64,000 nt of DNA from an uncultured Actinomycetes bacterium (GTDB taxonomy: Bacteria; Actinomycetota; UBA4738; HRBIN12). Both the position numbers and the translations under genes were made by a program. Location: positions 521,763 through 585,762 of the forward strand of contig CAWGFO010000001.1 of assembly GCA_963821925.1 (NCBI GenBank), in the 5' to 3' direction. The notes beneath the pieces were generated by a model. It had not been told where the DNA came from, did no database searches, and saw nothing but the letters and a program-made list of their open reading frames with translations. This document shows positions 18,262 to 26,424 of the stretch, in pieces (position 1 is the first letter of the stretch; every line of letters begins with the position of its first letter).

Positions 18262-19199
18262 CGGCGACCGAGGTCGCGGACGTTCGCGGTGTGGAGCGGT
18301 ACGGTGCCATCAAGGAGCAGCCCCTGCGACCCGACCTATCCCCTGTGGACCCTTCCGCCCGCACCGGTGTCCCGCCTCGCCCAGATCTCCGGGGCGACCG
18401 GCTCCCGCCCCCGCCCGGTCCGTGGTTCCCCCCTTCCGGTCCCGGATCCCCGCGACGACGGTCGGTGCTCCCCGCCGTGGTGGCGCTGCTGGTGGTCGCG
18501 GCGATCCTGGCGGCGGCCGTGGCCCCGATCTTCCGATCGACAGACGTGCAGCCCAGGGCGGTCGGACCCAAGGGCGACTACTCGTACATCCTGACGACCG
18601 GTGACGATCCGGTCCGCTGGAACCCGTGCGAGCCGATCCACTACGTGCTGGGCCGCGACGGGCTCACCGCGAGCGCGATCGAGGACGTGCACGGTGCGAT
18701 CGGTCGAATCACCGATGTCACCGGCATCGAGTTCACGTACGACGGGCTCACCGACGAGGAGCCGAGGCGGAGGCGGCTCTCGTACCAGCCGGGTCGGTAC
18801 GGCGACCGCTGGGCCCCGGTGCTGATCGCGTGGGTGCATCCGGACGAGACCGATATCCCGTTCTCGGACGAGGGGCACGACGCCGCCGCGGTCGCGTCGC
18901 CGCAGCTTCCGGACGACGGGAACGGCGACGTGTACGTCAGCGGTTGGGTGGCGCTCGACGTCGAGGACCCGAACCCCTCCGGTTTCGGCTTTCCCGGGAT
19001 GCAGGGGCCGGTGGTGCTGCACGAACTCGGCCACGTGCTGGGCCTCGGCCACGCCGAGCTGAACGGGAACCTGATGGAGCCCTCGGGCGGCGGCGTGACC
19101 TCCTTCGGGCCGGGCGACCTCGCCGGGCTGGACCATCTGGGGCGAGACGCCGGCTGTCTGCTGACGCCGCCGCCGGAGCCCGGCGGCTCGTTCCCGTGA
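18258..19199 (+). CDS. Membrane-anchored matrixin (M10-like) zinc metalloprotease
   Basis: PVRWNPCEPIHY, LHELGHVLGLGH (HExxHxxGxxH), NLM Met-turn, GDLAGL; GTGA overlap with the sodX stop. Confidence 0.85.
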   Translation: MTATEVADVRGVERYGAIKEQPLRPDLSPVDPSARTGVPPRPDLRGDRLPPPPGPWFPPSGPGSPRRRSVLPAVVALLVVAAILAAAVAPIFRSTDVQPRAVGPKGDYSYILTTGDDPVRWNPCEPIHYVLGRDGLTASAIEDVHGAIGRITDVTGIEFTYDGLTDEEPRRRRLSYQPGRYGDRWAPVLIAWVHPDETDIPFSDEGHDAAAVASPQLPDDGNGDVYVSGWVALDVEDPNPSGFGFPGMQGPVVLHELGHVLGLGHAELNGNLMEPSGGGVTSFGPGDLAGLDHLGRDAGCLLTPPPEPGGSFP

Positions 19200-19252
19200 G
19201 GTGCACGGCCCATGGATCCGACTGGCCGGGATCGGCGAGGTGCGCTAGGCTA

Positions 19253-19274
19253 TTGCACCTGCAAATGATCTGCA
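19253..19274. promoter_or_regulatory. Putative operator upstream of tusA-dsrE2
   Basis: TTGCA-CC-TGCAA palindrome plus a third TGCA, immediately after a TAGGCT -10-like hexamer at 19246-19251. Confidence 0.35.
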
Positions 19275-19406
19275 CACGTGAAGCCGGCATCGTGGGGGCC
19301 ATGATCCCCGATCGCCTCTGCTGTCCACGCTGACACAGAGGACGCTTCGCGCAGCCCGTTCCCCGCTCCATCCCTCGCTCCTCACGCATCCCGGGAGGTC
19401 TTCTGC

Positions 19407-19643
19407 ATGTCCACGACCGTCACCACCACCGTCGACGCCCGGGGCCAGTCGTGCCCCGGTCCGCTCGTCTCCCTCGCCAAGGCGTTGAAGGTCGCCAGCT
19501 CGGGCGACCTGCTCGAGCTGCTCGCCACCGACCCCGGCTCGAGGTCCGACGTACCGAGCTGGGCCGAGATCAGCGGCAACGAGCTGCTCGAGTCCGCCGA
19601 GACCGACGACGGCGCCTATCGGTACCTGGTCAGGAAGGTCTGA
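19407..19643 (+). CDS. tusA: Sulfurtransferase TusA/SirA family
   Basis: VDARGQSCPGPL, GDLLELLATDPGS-x2-DV-x2-W; GGGAGG RBS. Confidence 0.92.
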   Translation: MSTTVTTTVDARGQSCPGPLVSLAKALKVASSGDLLELLATDPGSRSDVPSWAEISGNELLESAETDDGAYRYLVRKV

Positions 19644-19645
19644 TC

Positions 19646-20215
19646 GTGGCTGCGACCGAGGATCGGATCGACGCCCCCACCTACGCCGAGCTCCTCGCCC
19701 GTATCGAGGCCCTCGAGGCCGGGCAGAGCCCGGTGAAGAAGAAGAACAAGCTCACGATCATCGCGTGGGGCGGCGACCTCGACCGGATCTGGCCCACCAC
19801 GATCCTCGCGACGACCGCGGCCGCCAGCGGGATGGAGTCGAGCGTGTTCTTCACCTTCTGGGGGTTGTTCGCGATCGTGCGGCCCGACGTGCGCATCACC
19901 GGCGACAACTGGATGCAGAAGATGATGTCGGCGATGAACCCGGGCTCGGCGCAGAAGGCGAAGTTGTCCCACTACCACTTCGCCGGCGCCGGCCCCGCGA
20001 TGTTCAAGAAGCTCGCGAACGACAACCAGGTGGCCAGGCCGGAGGAGCTGATCACCACCGCCCAGGATCTCGGGGTCCGCCTGATCCCGTGCCAGATGAC
20101 GATGGACCTACTCGGCCTGAAGCGCGACGATCTGATCGACGGACTCGAAGAGCCGATCGGCGCGGCGACCGCGATCGCCGAGATGCGCGACGCCGCCGTC
20201 TCGCTCTTCATCTGA
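19646..20215 (+). CDS. DsrE2-type (DsrE/DrsH-like) sulfur carrier
   Basis: TII-x2-GGDLD, AAASGME-x2-VFFTFWGL, IPCQMTMDLLG (conserved Cys), GAAT...SLFI. Confidence 0.88.
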   Translation: MAATEDRIDAPTYAELLARIEALEAGQSPVKKKNKLTIIAWGGDLDRIWPTTILATTAAASGMESSVFFTFWGLFAIVRPDVRITGDNWMQKMMSAMNPGSAQKAKLSHYHFAGAGPAMFKKLANDNQVARPEELITTAQDLGVRLIPCQMTMDLLGLKRDDLIDGLEEPIGAATAIAEMRDAAVSLFI

Positions 20216-20258
20216 GGCCGGTTCGCCGAGCTCGGCGCTCCGAGGGCCTGGCACGCGG

Positions 20259-20993
20259 TCACGCGCTCGCGCGACGGGCGCGGATGTTCAACCTGACGTA
20301 GTCGATCGTCGGGGCGGGCAGGCGGCGCGCCACCTCGTGCACGAAGGCGCGGCGCTCTCCCTCCGCCATGTGCTCCACGTGGTCGCCCAGGCAGATCGCC
20401 TCGAGGTACGGCTCGAGGTCCTCCTCGGGCAGCGGGGTGGGCTCCTCGTGGAGCCACGTCTCGACGTCGACGAAGCCGGTCGCGCGGAGTCGCGACGCGG
20501 TGGCCGCCGGCGTCGCGAAGTGTTTCCTGCCGGGATCGACGCGCAGGTCACGCAGGGCCGCCTCGATCGAGGCGATGTTCCCGGCGCCGCCGCACTGGGC
20601 CGCGAGCTGCCCGCCGGGCGCCAACACCGTCACGAGGTTCGCGAACAGCGCGGCGTGATCGGGGATCCAGTGGAACGTGGCGGTCGACAGGATCGCGTCC
20701 ACCGGCTCGTCGATCGGGATCGGCTGTAGGAGATCGGCGACGAGGTACTCCACGCGGTCATCGCCGAGACGCGCACGAGCGCGCTCGATCATCGACGGTG
20801 AGCCGTCGAGCGCGATCACGTGCCCACCGGGGAGCCGGTCGCGGAGCGTCGCGGTCACCTGCCCCGTGCCGCAGCCGGCGTCCAGCACCCGCTCGGCTCC
20901 CGCGAGATCCAGCCAGCCGACAACGGTCTCGCCCCAGCGGGTCATCGGGATCGGCAGGCGGTCGTAGGTGGCGGCGTCCCAGTCCCGGGGCAC
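20259..20993 (-). CDS. Class I SAM-dependent methyltransferase, trans-aconitate methyltransferase-like
   Basis: WDAATY start, VLDAGCGTG, LDGSPSM, STATFHWIPDH, DYVRLNI-x-AR. Confidence 0.85.
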   Translation of the reverse strand: MPRDWDAATYDRLPIPMTRWGETVVGWLDLAGAERVLDAGCGTGQVTATLRDRLPGGHVIALDGSPSMIERARARLGDDRVEYLVADLLQPIPIDEPVDAILSTATFHWIPDHAALFANLVTVLAPGGQLAAQCGGAGNIASIEAALRDLRVDPGRKHFATPAATASRLRATGFVDVETWLHEEPTPLPEEDLEPYLEAICLGDHVEHMAEGERRAFVHEVARRLPAPTIDYVRLNIRARRASA

Positions 20994-20996
20994 GGC

Positions 20997-21650
20997 TCAG
21001 GGCACCCACTGCTGGGCGATGCGCACGATCTCGCCGCCCTCCACGCCGATCCACCACCCGGTGTACGTCATGTTCGGGTAGTCGGTCTGCGCGGTCCCGT
21101 TGACCGCGGCGCTCCACGCGTCGAGGTTGCCCGACTTCAGTTGGCAGCAGGTCCCCTCCGGGACGTACCGGACGATCGCGTCGGGCGAGATCGGCATCGA
21201 CCTCAGTTTGGGGTTGTCGTTCACGATGTAATAGCCGTTCACGACCTCGTCTCCGTGTGCGGCGGCGGCCTCCTGCGCGGCCTCGTCGGTCAAGAAGTAC
21301 GCGAGATCGAACGTGAGCTCGGTTCCGTCGGTGCCCTCGGAGACGTCCTTCGCGTAGACGAAGGACCGGCCGTCGGGGAGCACGTCGTCGGGGGGCGCCG
21401 GAGAGACGCTCTCGCTGGCTTCCTCGGAAGGGCTCTCGCTCGGCTCGGGGGACGGCGTCGGGCGTTCGGACGACGAGGCGGCGGACGGGACGGGCGTGGG
21501 CGAGACGTCGTTCCCGCCGGTCGCCAGTACGTAGCCGACCCCGAACGCGCCCAGCACCAGCGAAAGGACCACGGCGATCGCGATCGTGCGGTTCCGCCGC
21601 ACCTGCCGCGCCGCGCCCGCCCGTCCGTGTCCGTTGTTCCGCGCCGACAT
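20997..21650 (-). CDS. Hypothetical membrane-anchored extracytoplasmic protein with Ser/Pro linker
   Basis: Basic N-terminus, single TM helix, SPTPVPS..PSPEPSES linker, globular C-terminal domain (FDLAYFLT...YYIVNDNP); high-GC3 codons. Confidence 0.7.
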   Translation of the reverse strand: MSARNNGHGRAGAARQVRRNRTIAIAVVLSLVLGAFGVGYVLATGGNDVSPTPVPSAASSSERPTPSPEPSESPSEEASESVSPAPPDDVLPDGRSFVYAKDVSEGTDGTELTFDLAYFLTDEAAQEAAAAHGDEVVNGYYIVNDNPKLRSMPISPDAIVRYVPEGTCCQLKSGNLDAWSAAVNGTAQTDYPNMTYTGWWIGVEGGEIVRIAQQWVP

Positions 21651-21754
21651 GCCGTGCTCGTCTCCTCCGCTCGGACGCTAACCCGGTCGCCTCCGACCCA
21701 CGATAGCGGTCCAGATCGTGACGTCCGTGCAACGACTGCGATCGTTCGTGACGC

Positions 21755-21773
21755 TAGTTAGCATTGCGAACTA
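21755..21773. promoter_or_regulatory. Putative MarR operator overlapping the -10 box
   Basis: Imperfect palindrome TAGTTAGC-ATT-GCGAACTA abutting TATCAT (21772-21777) before marR. Confidence 0.5.
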
Positions 21774-21784
21774 TCATGGAGCGT

Positions 21785-22234
21785 ATGACCGATGCCACCC
21801 TACCCCGCACCGTGGATCTCCAGGCCCTCGCCGCGCACCTGCGGATCTCGGTGTTCCGAACGTCCCGCAGGCTCCGGTACCAGGGGGACGCGGGTGTGTC
21901 GCCGACGCTCCTCGCCGCCCTGGCCACGATCGAGCGGCACGGCCCCATGACCCCGGGCGCGCTCGCGGCCCACGAGCACATCCGCAAACCGACCACGACC
22001 CGCATCATCGGATCGCTCTCCGAGCTCGGGATGATCGAGCGCACGCCCGACCCCCTCGACGGGCGGGTCGCGTGGGTCCAGATCACGGCGGTGGGGCGCA
22101 AGCTCCTCCTGCGGGTGCGCCGTCGCAACGACGCGTTCCTATCGGCCCGGCTGAAGCGGCTCACGTCCGACGAGATCGACACGCTCGCGCGTGCGGCCGA
22201 GCTCCTCGACCGCCTCACGGAGGACGACCGTTGA
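21785..22234 (+). CDS. MarR family transcriptional regulator
   Basis: LATIERHGPMTPGALAAHEHI-x-KPTTTRII..L-x-ELGMIERTPDPLDGR..ITAVG. Confidence 0.92.
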   Translation: MTDATLPRTVDLQALAAHLRISVFRTSRRLRYQGDAGVSPTLLAALATIERHGPMTPGALAAHEHIRKPTTTRIIGSLSELGMIERTPDPLDGRVAWVQITAVGRKLLLRVRRRNDAFLSARLKRLTSDEIDTLARAAELLDRLTEDDR

Positions 22235-23490
22235 GCCCGCGCGTCGGCGCGGCGATCGGTCGCACGTTCTCGTCGCTCCGCACCTCGCGGAACTTCCGCC
22301 TGTACCTGTTCGGCCAGCTGGTCTCGTCGGTCGGCACGTGGATGAACTTCACGGCCTCGGCCTGGCTCGTCCTGCAGCTCACCGACAGCGGGACGGCCCT
22401 CGGCGCGAACGTCGCGCTGTATTTCCTCCCCGTCCTGCTCCTCGGCGCGTACGGCGGCGTGCTCGCCGACCGCTTCGACAAGCGGCGGATCTTGATCTGG
22501 ACCCAGTCCGCTTACGCGGTCGTGGCCCTCACGATGTGGGGCGTCGTCGTCTCGGATCTCGTAGAGGGACGCGTATGGATCGTCTTCGTCCTCTCGCTCG
22601 CCAGCGGCGTCGTCACGGCGTTCGACAATCCGACCCGGCAGAGCTTCTACGTCGAGATGGTGGGCGAGGAGCACGTTCGGAACGCGGTCAGCCTGAACAG
22701 CGCCGCGTTCACGGGCTCGCGTGTGATCGGCCCGGCGGTCGCCGGGATCTTGATCGCGACCGTCGGGATCGCGACATGTTTCCTGATCGACGGGCTGTCC
22801 TACCTCGCGGTGCTGACCGCGCTGCTCCTGATGCGTCAGGCCGAGCTGCACCCGCAGACGCGGAGCACCCGCGAACGCGGCCACCTCGTCGCCGGGCTGA
22901 AGTACATCTGGGGCGCCGACGAGCTGCGCCGGCCCCTGATCGCGATGGCGGTCGTGTTCACGTTCGCGTTCAACTTCGCGGTGTTCGTGCCGCTGCTGGC
23001 GGAACGCACGTTCGCCGGCGACGCCGGCACGTTCGGGATGCTCTCCGCGCTCGCGGGGGTGGGGTCCTTCTTCGGGGCGATGACGATGGCGAGCCGCGCG
23101 GCCGAGCCCAAGATGCGAGGTCTGGCTCTCTGGGCGGTCGCGGCCGGCAGCGCGCTGGCGATCGTCGGCCTCGCGCCCACCCTCCCCTTCGCCGCCCTCG
23201 CGATGGTGCCGCTCGGGTTCTCGGTCATGGCGTTCATGATCACGGGGAACACGATGCTGCAGCTGCGCGCGCTCCCGCAGGCGCGGGGCCGCGTGATGGC
23301 CCTCTACGGGATCGTGTTCCTCGGGTCCACGCCGATCGGGGCGCCGATCGCCGGCGTGATCGGGCAACAGCTGGGCCCCCAGGTGGGGTTCGTCCTGAGC
23401 GGGCTCGTGGCCGCCGGACTCGGGCTCTCGCTCCTGTGGGCGTTGCATCGCTCGGCTGCAGGAACCGCCGCGGAGCCGGTGTCGGCCTGA
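22231..23490 (+). CDS. MFS transporter (DUF894/EntS-like)
   Basis: TTGA overlap with marR; RNFRLY..GQLVS..GTWM, GGVLADRFDKRR, RGRVMA. Confidence 0.88.
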   Translation: MSPRVGAAIGRTFSSLRTSRNFRLYLFGQLVSSVGTWMNFTASAWLVLQLTDSGTALGANVALYFLPVLLLGAYGGVLADRFDKRRILIWTQSAYAVVALTMWGVVVSDLVEGRVWIVFVLSLASGVVTAFDNPTRQSFYVEMVGEEHVRNAVSLNSAAFTGSRVIGPAVAGILIATVGIATCFLIDGLSYLAVLTALLLMRQAELHPQTRSTRERGHLVAGLKYIWGADELRRPLIAMAVVFTFAFNFAVFVPLLAERTFAGDAGTFGMLSALAGVGSFFGAMTMASRAAEPKMRGLALWAVAAGSALAIVGLAPTLPFAALAMVPLGFSVMAFMITGNTMLQLRALPQARGRVMALYGIVFLGSTPIGAPIAGVIGQQLGPQVGFVLSGLVAAGLGLSLLWALHRSAAGTAAEPVSA

Positions 23491-23523
23491 GGGATTCGAG
23501 ACGCGTGCCGGCCTCGAGAGGGG

Positions 23524-23623
23524 CCGACGATCCCGGACGGTGGTCGGTGACGCATGACCGAGGGGGAGGTCGTCACCTGTGCCACGGGGAGGGGGTAGCG
23601 CTCCCACCGTCCGGGATCGTCGG
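23524..23623 (-). ncRNA. Candidate 6C-like small RNA: two C-rich-loop hairpins inside a 20-bp closing stem
   Basis: Perfect 20-bp inverted repeat (23524-23543/23604-23623) enclosing, on the minus strand, GCTAC[CCCCTCCCC]GTGGC and GGTGACGACC[TCCCCCTC]GGTCATGCGTCACC. A G.U wobble favours the minus strand. Confidence 0.55.
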
Positions 23624-23703
23624 GTGATGCGATGGTGCGTGGCGCGGATCGCGCCCGTCGGGGGTCGACCGGGAGGCTCTCGCTGCGTCCCTGGCCGCTC
23701 CGA

Positions 23704-23874
23704 CTATCGGTCGGTCGTCGAGGCGATCGCCTCCTCGGCCGAGAGCAGGATCACGTCTCGCTCCTCCTTCGAGAACGCGAGCATCGTCCCGTACCAGCTG
23801 GGCTCGTAGGCCACCTGCCTGCAATCGGGGCAGGTGTCCACGTCGCCCGTCCGGTGTGTCGCGTGATCGCCCAT
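23704..23874 (-). CDS. 56-aa hypothetical protein with a CxxC motif
   Basis: GGAGAACCG-ATG RBS/start; MGDHATHRTGDVDTCPDCRQVAYEPSWYGTMLAFSKEERDVILLSAEEAIASTTDR; high-GC3 codons. Confidence 0.55.
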   Translation of the reverse strand: MGDHATHRTGDVDTCPDCRQVAYEPSWYGTMLAFSKEERDVILLSAEEAIASTTDR

Positions 23875-24024
23875 CGGTTCCTCCGAGTACCGTCCTGACC
23901 TGCACGATGGTGCGCCCATGGCGAGGAGACGTGAATACCCTCGCCATGGGGAAGATAGCTACCATGCGCTAGGTAAGTTGAACTACGTACCACTACGTAG
24001 GTAGTCCGAACGGGTCAGTTCCCG

Positions 24025-24714
24025 TCAGACCGCCTTCACCACGTCCTGGTCGATCCGGAGGAACTTGTAGCCCACCGTCGGATTCCCGATGATGTAGAGC
24101 TGGACGGCGGTACGGGACTCGAAGCTCCGCGTCCCCGGACCGAGGATCGTGTTCGACGTTCCGGCGACCTTGACGCGCGTCACGTAGTCGCCCCACGGCA
24201 GCTGGACCGTCTTCGAGGCCCCCTGCGCGAGCGCCGGAACCGTCATCCGGGTCTTGTTCATGAACACGTTCACGGCCGGGGCGACCGCGACGTGACGGAT
24301 CGACAGCCGGAACTTCCCGCGCTGGGTGTTGGCCAGGTCATTCGAGAACCAGTGGAACCGAACCTTGCCGGTCTGGGCCGACACAGCCGCGACGATCGTG
24401 TAGTTGCCGTCCATCGCCACGGTGCGGGTGAAGTCGGCGGTGATCGGGGTGCCGGTGCAGTTGGCTCCGTTCGCGTACAGCGCGAACGTGTAGTCGCCAG
24501 GGGGCATCAGGGTCGAGAACTTCTGGCGATACGCGAAGTCCTCCTTCGCCGATGCCCCGTTCACGCAGACCTCGACCGTCGCGCCGGGTACGCCGTGCAC
24601 CACCCAGAGCGTCGCGTCGCCGGGTGCGGCCGATGCGGTGCCGGCGGTCGCGAACAGCGACGCCACCACCACTCCTGCCGCCACGAGGGCGGACAGCCGC
24701 CTCATACGTCTCAT
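24025..24714 (-). CDS. Secreted DUF4397-family protein
   Basis: GGGAGG RBS; signal peptide ending ATAGTASA; LWVVHGVPGATVEVCVNG and a second RLSIRHVAVAPAVNV repeat typical of DUF4397. Confidence 0.75.
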   Translation of the reverse strand: MRRMRRLSALVAAGVVVASLFATAGTASAAPGDATLWVVHGVPGATVEVCVNGASAKEDFAYRQKFSTLMPPGDYTFALYANGANCTGTPITADFTRTVAMDGNYTIVAAVSAQTGKVRFHWFSNDLANTQRGKFRLSIRHVAVAPAVNVFMNKTRMTVPALAQGASKTVQLPWGDYVTRVKVAGTSNTILGPGTRSFESRTAVQLYIIGNPTVGYKFLRIDQDVVKAV

Positions 24715-24901
24715 CGAAAGCCTCCCTTTCCATCCCGGTGCGGGCTCACGTGACGGCTGCGGGATGGGATCAGCCGGCGCCATGGTCGTACCTCGAAGGT
24801 TCTCACCCGCCGCCGGGCCCCGCATCGGCCGAACGGACGAGCGGGGCGAGACCTTCGGACGAGCCGGGCCGTGACATCGGCCGGCCCGGGCCCGTCGTCG
24901 C

Positions 24902-26365
24902 TCACTCGGGGAGCTCACGGTCGATCGTCCACTCGCCGTCGGGCTCGCAGCTGCTGACGTCGAGGACGGTGCCATCGGTCAACGCGAGCCGGAAGGTGCG
25001 GAACCGCTCACCCTCCCGTTCGACGCGCGCCGAGCGGACGACCTCGACCGGTTCCTCGATCCCGCCCCAGACGATGGCTCGCGGCCATTCCTCGGCCCGG
25101 GCGCCCTCGTAGAACCGCAGCCGGATCTCGGGTTCGTCCCGGATCCACCGCGGCAGCACCGGCGCCCACAGCAGGAACACGATGCCGACCAGCGCGGCCG
25201 ACCCCGCCTCGCCGATCGTCGGCAGCAGGACGATCGCGAGCACCGCCGCGAGGAGACGCGACAGGTTGTACGCGACGTCGTAGACGGCGAACACGCGGCC
25301 TCGCAACCCGTCGGGGACGGCCTCCTGCACCATCGTGTCCACGGGGATCTTCTTCCAGGCGAACGAGAGACCGATCGCGAAGCTCGCGATCAGTACGGTC
25401 CACCGGTCGAGGAACAGGCTCACGGCGAGCAGGGACACGCCGCCGAACACGAACGACCACGCGATGATGCGCTCGCGCGCGAACCGTCGGTCGAGCCGTC
25501 CCACGGTGGCGAGCCCGAGGAACACGCCCACCCCGCCGGCGCCGATCAGCCACGAGAACGAGCCCACGCCCTCGTTGAAGCGCTCCTTGAAGACGACGAG
25601 CGCGAGAACGAGCACGAGTCCCTGCCCCATCTGGTCGACCGAGATCGAGGCGATCGGGCCGACGGCCCGCGGGGTACGAACGATGTGGCGGATCCCGTCC
25701 GAGAACTCCACGCCGATCCGCCGGATCTCGTGTCGGAGGAGCTCCGGGGACTCGGGGAGCTGATGAGGCCGAAGGTCGCTACGGATCGTGACCGCGATGC
25801 CCGACGCGACCAGCCAGGCGGCCGCGGCGACCGTGACGATCGCGACGTTCCCGTAGGTGTCGGACACGAGTCCCCCCGCGAAGACCCCGACGAGCAGCGC
25901 GACCGTGCCGCCGACCGTCGCGACCGAGTTCGCGGCCAGGAGATCCTCGGTCGGAACCAGCCTCGGCACCACGGCCTGTGCGGTCGCGAGGAAGAACCGG
26001 TTCACCGAGATGACCCACAGCGCCCCCGCGTAGAACAGGAGCGCGCGACGGTCGGGGTTCAGCAAGACGAGGAAGGCGGGTGCGGCGCGCAGGATCGGCG
26101 CGACCACCATGATCTTGCGGCGCGACCATCGGTCGATGAAGACCCCCGCGAAGGGCCCGAGGATCGAGAACGGGATGATCACGATCGCCGACGCCAGCGC
26201 GAAGCTCGCCGCGGTCGTCGCTCGCTCGGGCGAGAAGACGAGCGAGGCGACGAGCGCCGCCTGGATGAACCCGTCGGCGGTCTGGCTCACGAGCCGGATC
26301 CCCAGGAGCCGCCGGAAGTCGGGGTGGCGCAGCGTATCGCGAACGCTCCCCATCTTCCCGGCCAT
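24902..26365 (-). CDS. MFS transporter (Rv0037c-like) with an extra soluble C-terminal domain
   Basis: FRRLLGIRLVSQTADG, PFS-x-LGPFAGVFIDRWSRR, RGRVFAVYD; then about 75 hydrophilic residues in frame. Confidence 0.85.
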   Translation of the reverse strand: MAGKMGSVRDTLRHPDFRRLLGIRLVSQTADGFIQAALVASLVFSPERATTAASFALASAIVIIPFSILGPFAGVFIDRWSRRKIMVVAPILRAAPAFLVLLNPDRRALLFYAGALWVISVNRFFLATAQAVVPRLVPTEDLLAANSVATVGGTVALLVGVFAGGLVSDTYGNVAIVTVAAAAWLVASGIAVTIRSDLRPHQLPESPELLRHEIRRIGVEFSDGIRHIVRTPRAVGPIASISVDQMGQGLVLVLALVVFKERFNEGVGSFSWLIGAGGVGVFLGLATVGRLDRRFARERIIAWSFVFGGVSLLAVSLFLDRWTVLIASFAIGLSFAWKKIPVDTMVQEAVPDGLRGRVFAVYDVAYNLSRLLAAVLAIVLLPTIGEAGSAALVGIVFLLWAPVLPRWIRDEPEIRLRFYEGARAEEWPRAIVWGGIEEPVEVVRSARVEREGERFRTFRLALTDGTVLDVSSCEPDGEWTIDRELPE

Positions 26366-26424
26366 GGCCCGAGCGTACTTGCGGTGGCTTCGGAAACGCC
26401 CCCCGAGATGCCGATACGGGGAGG

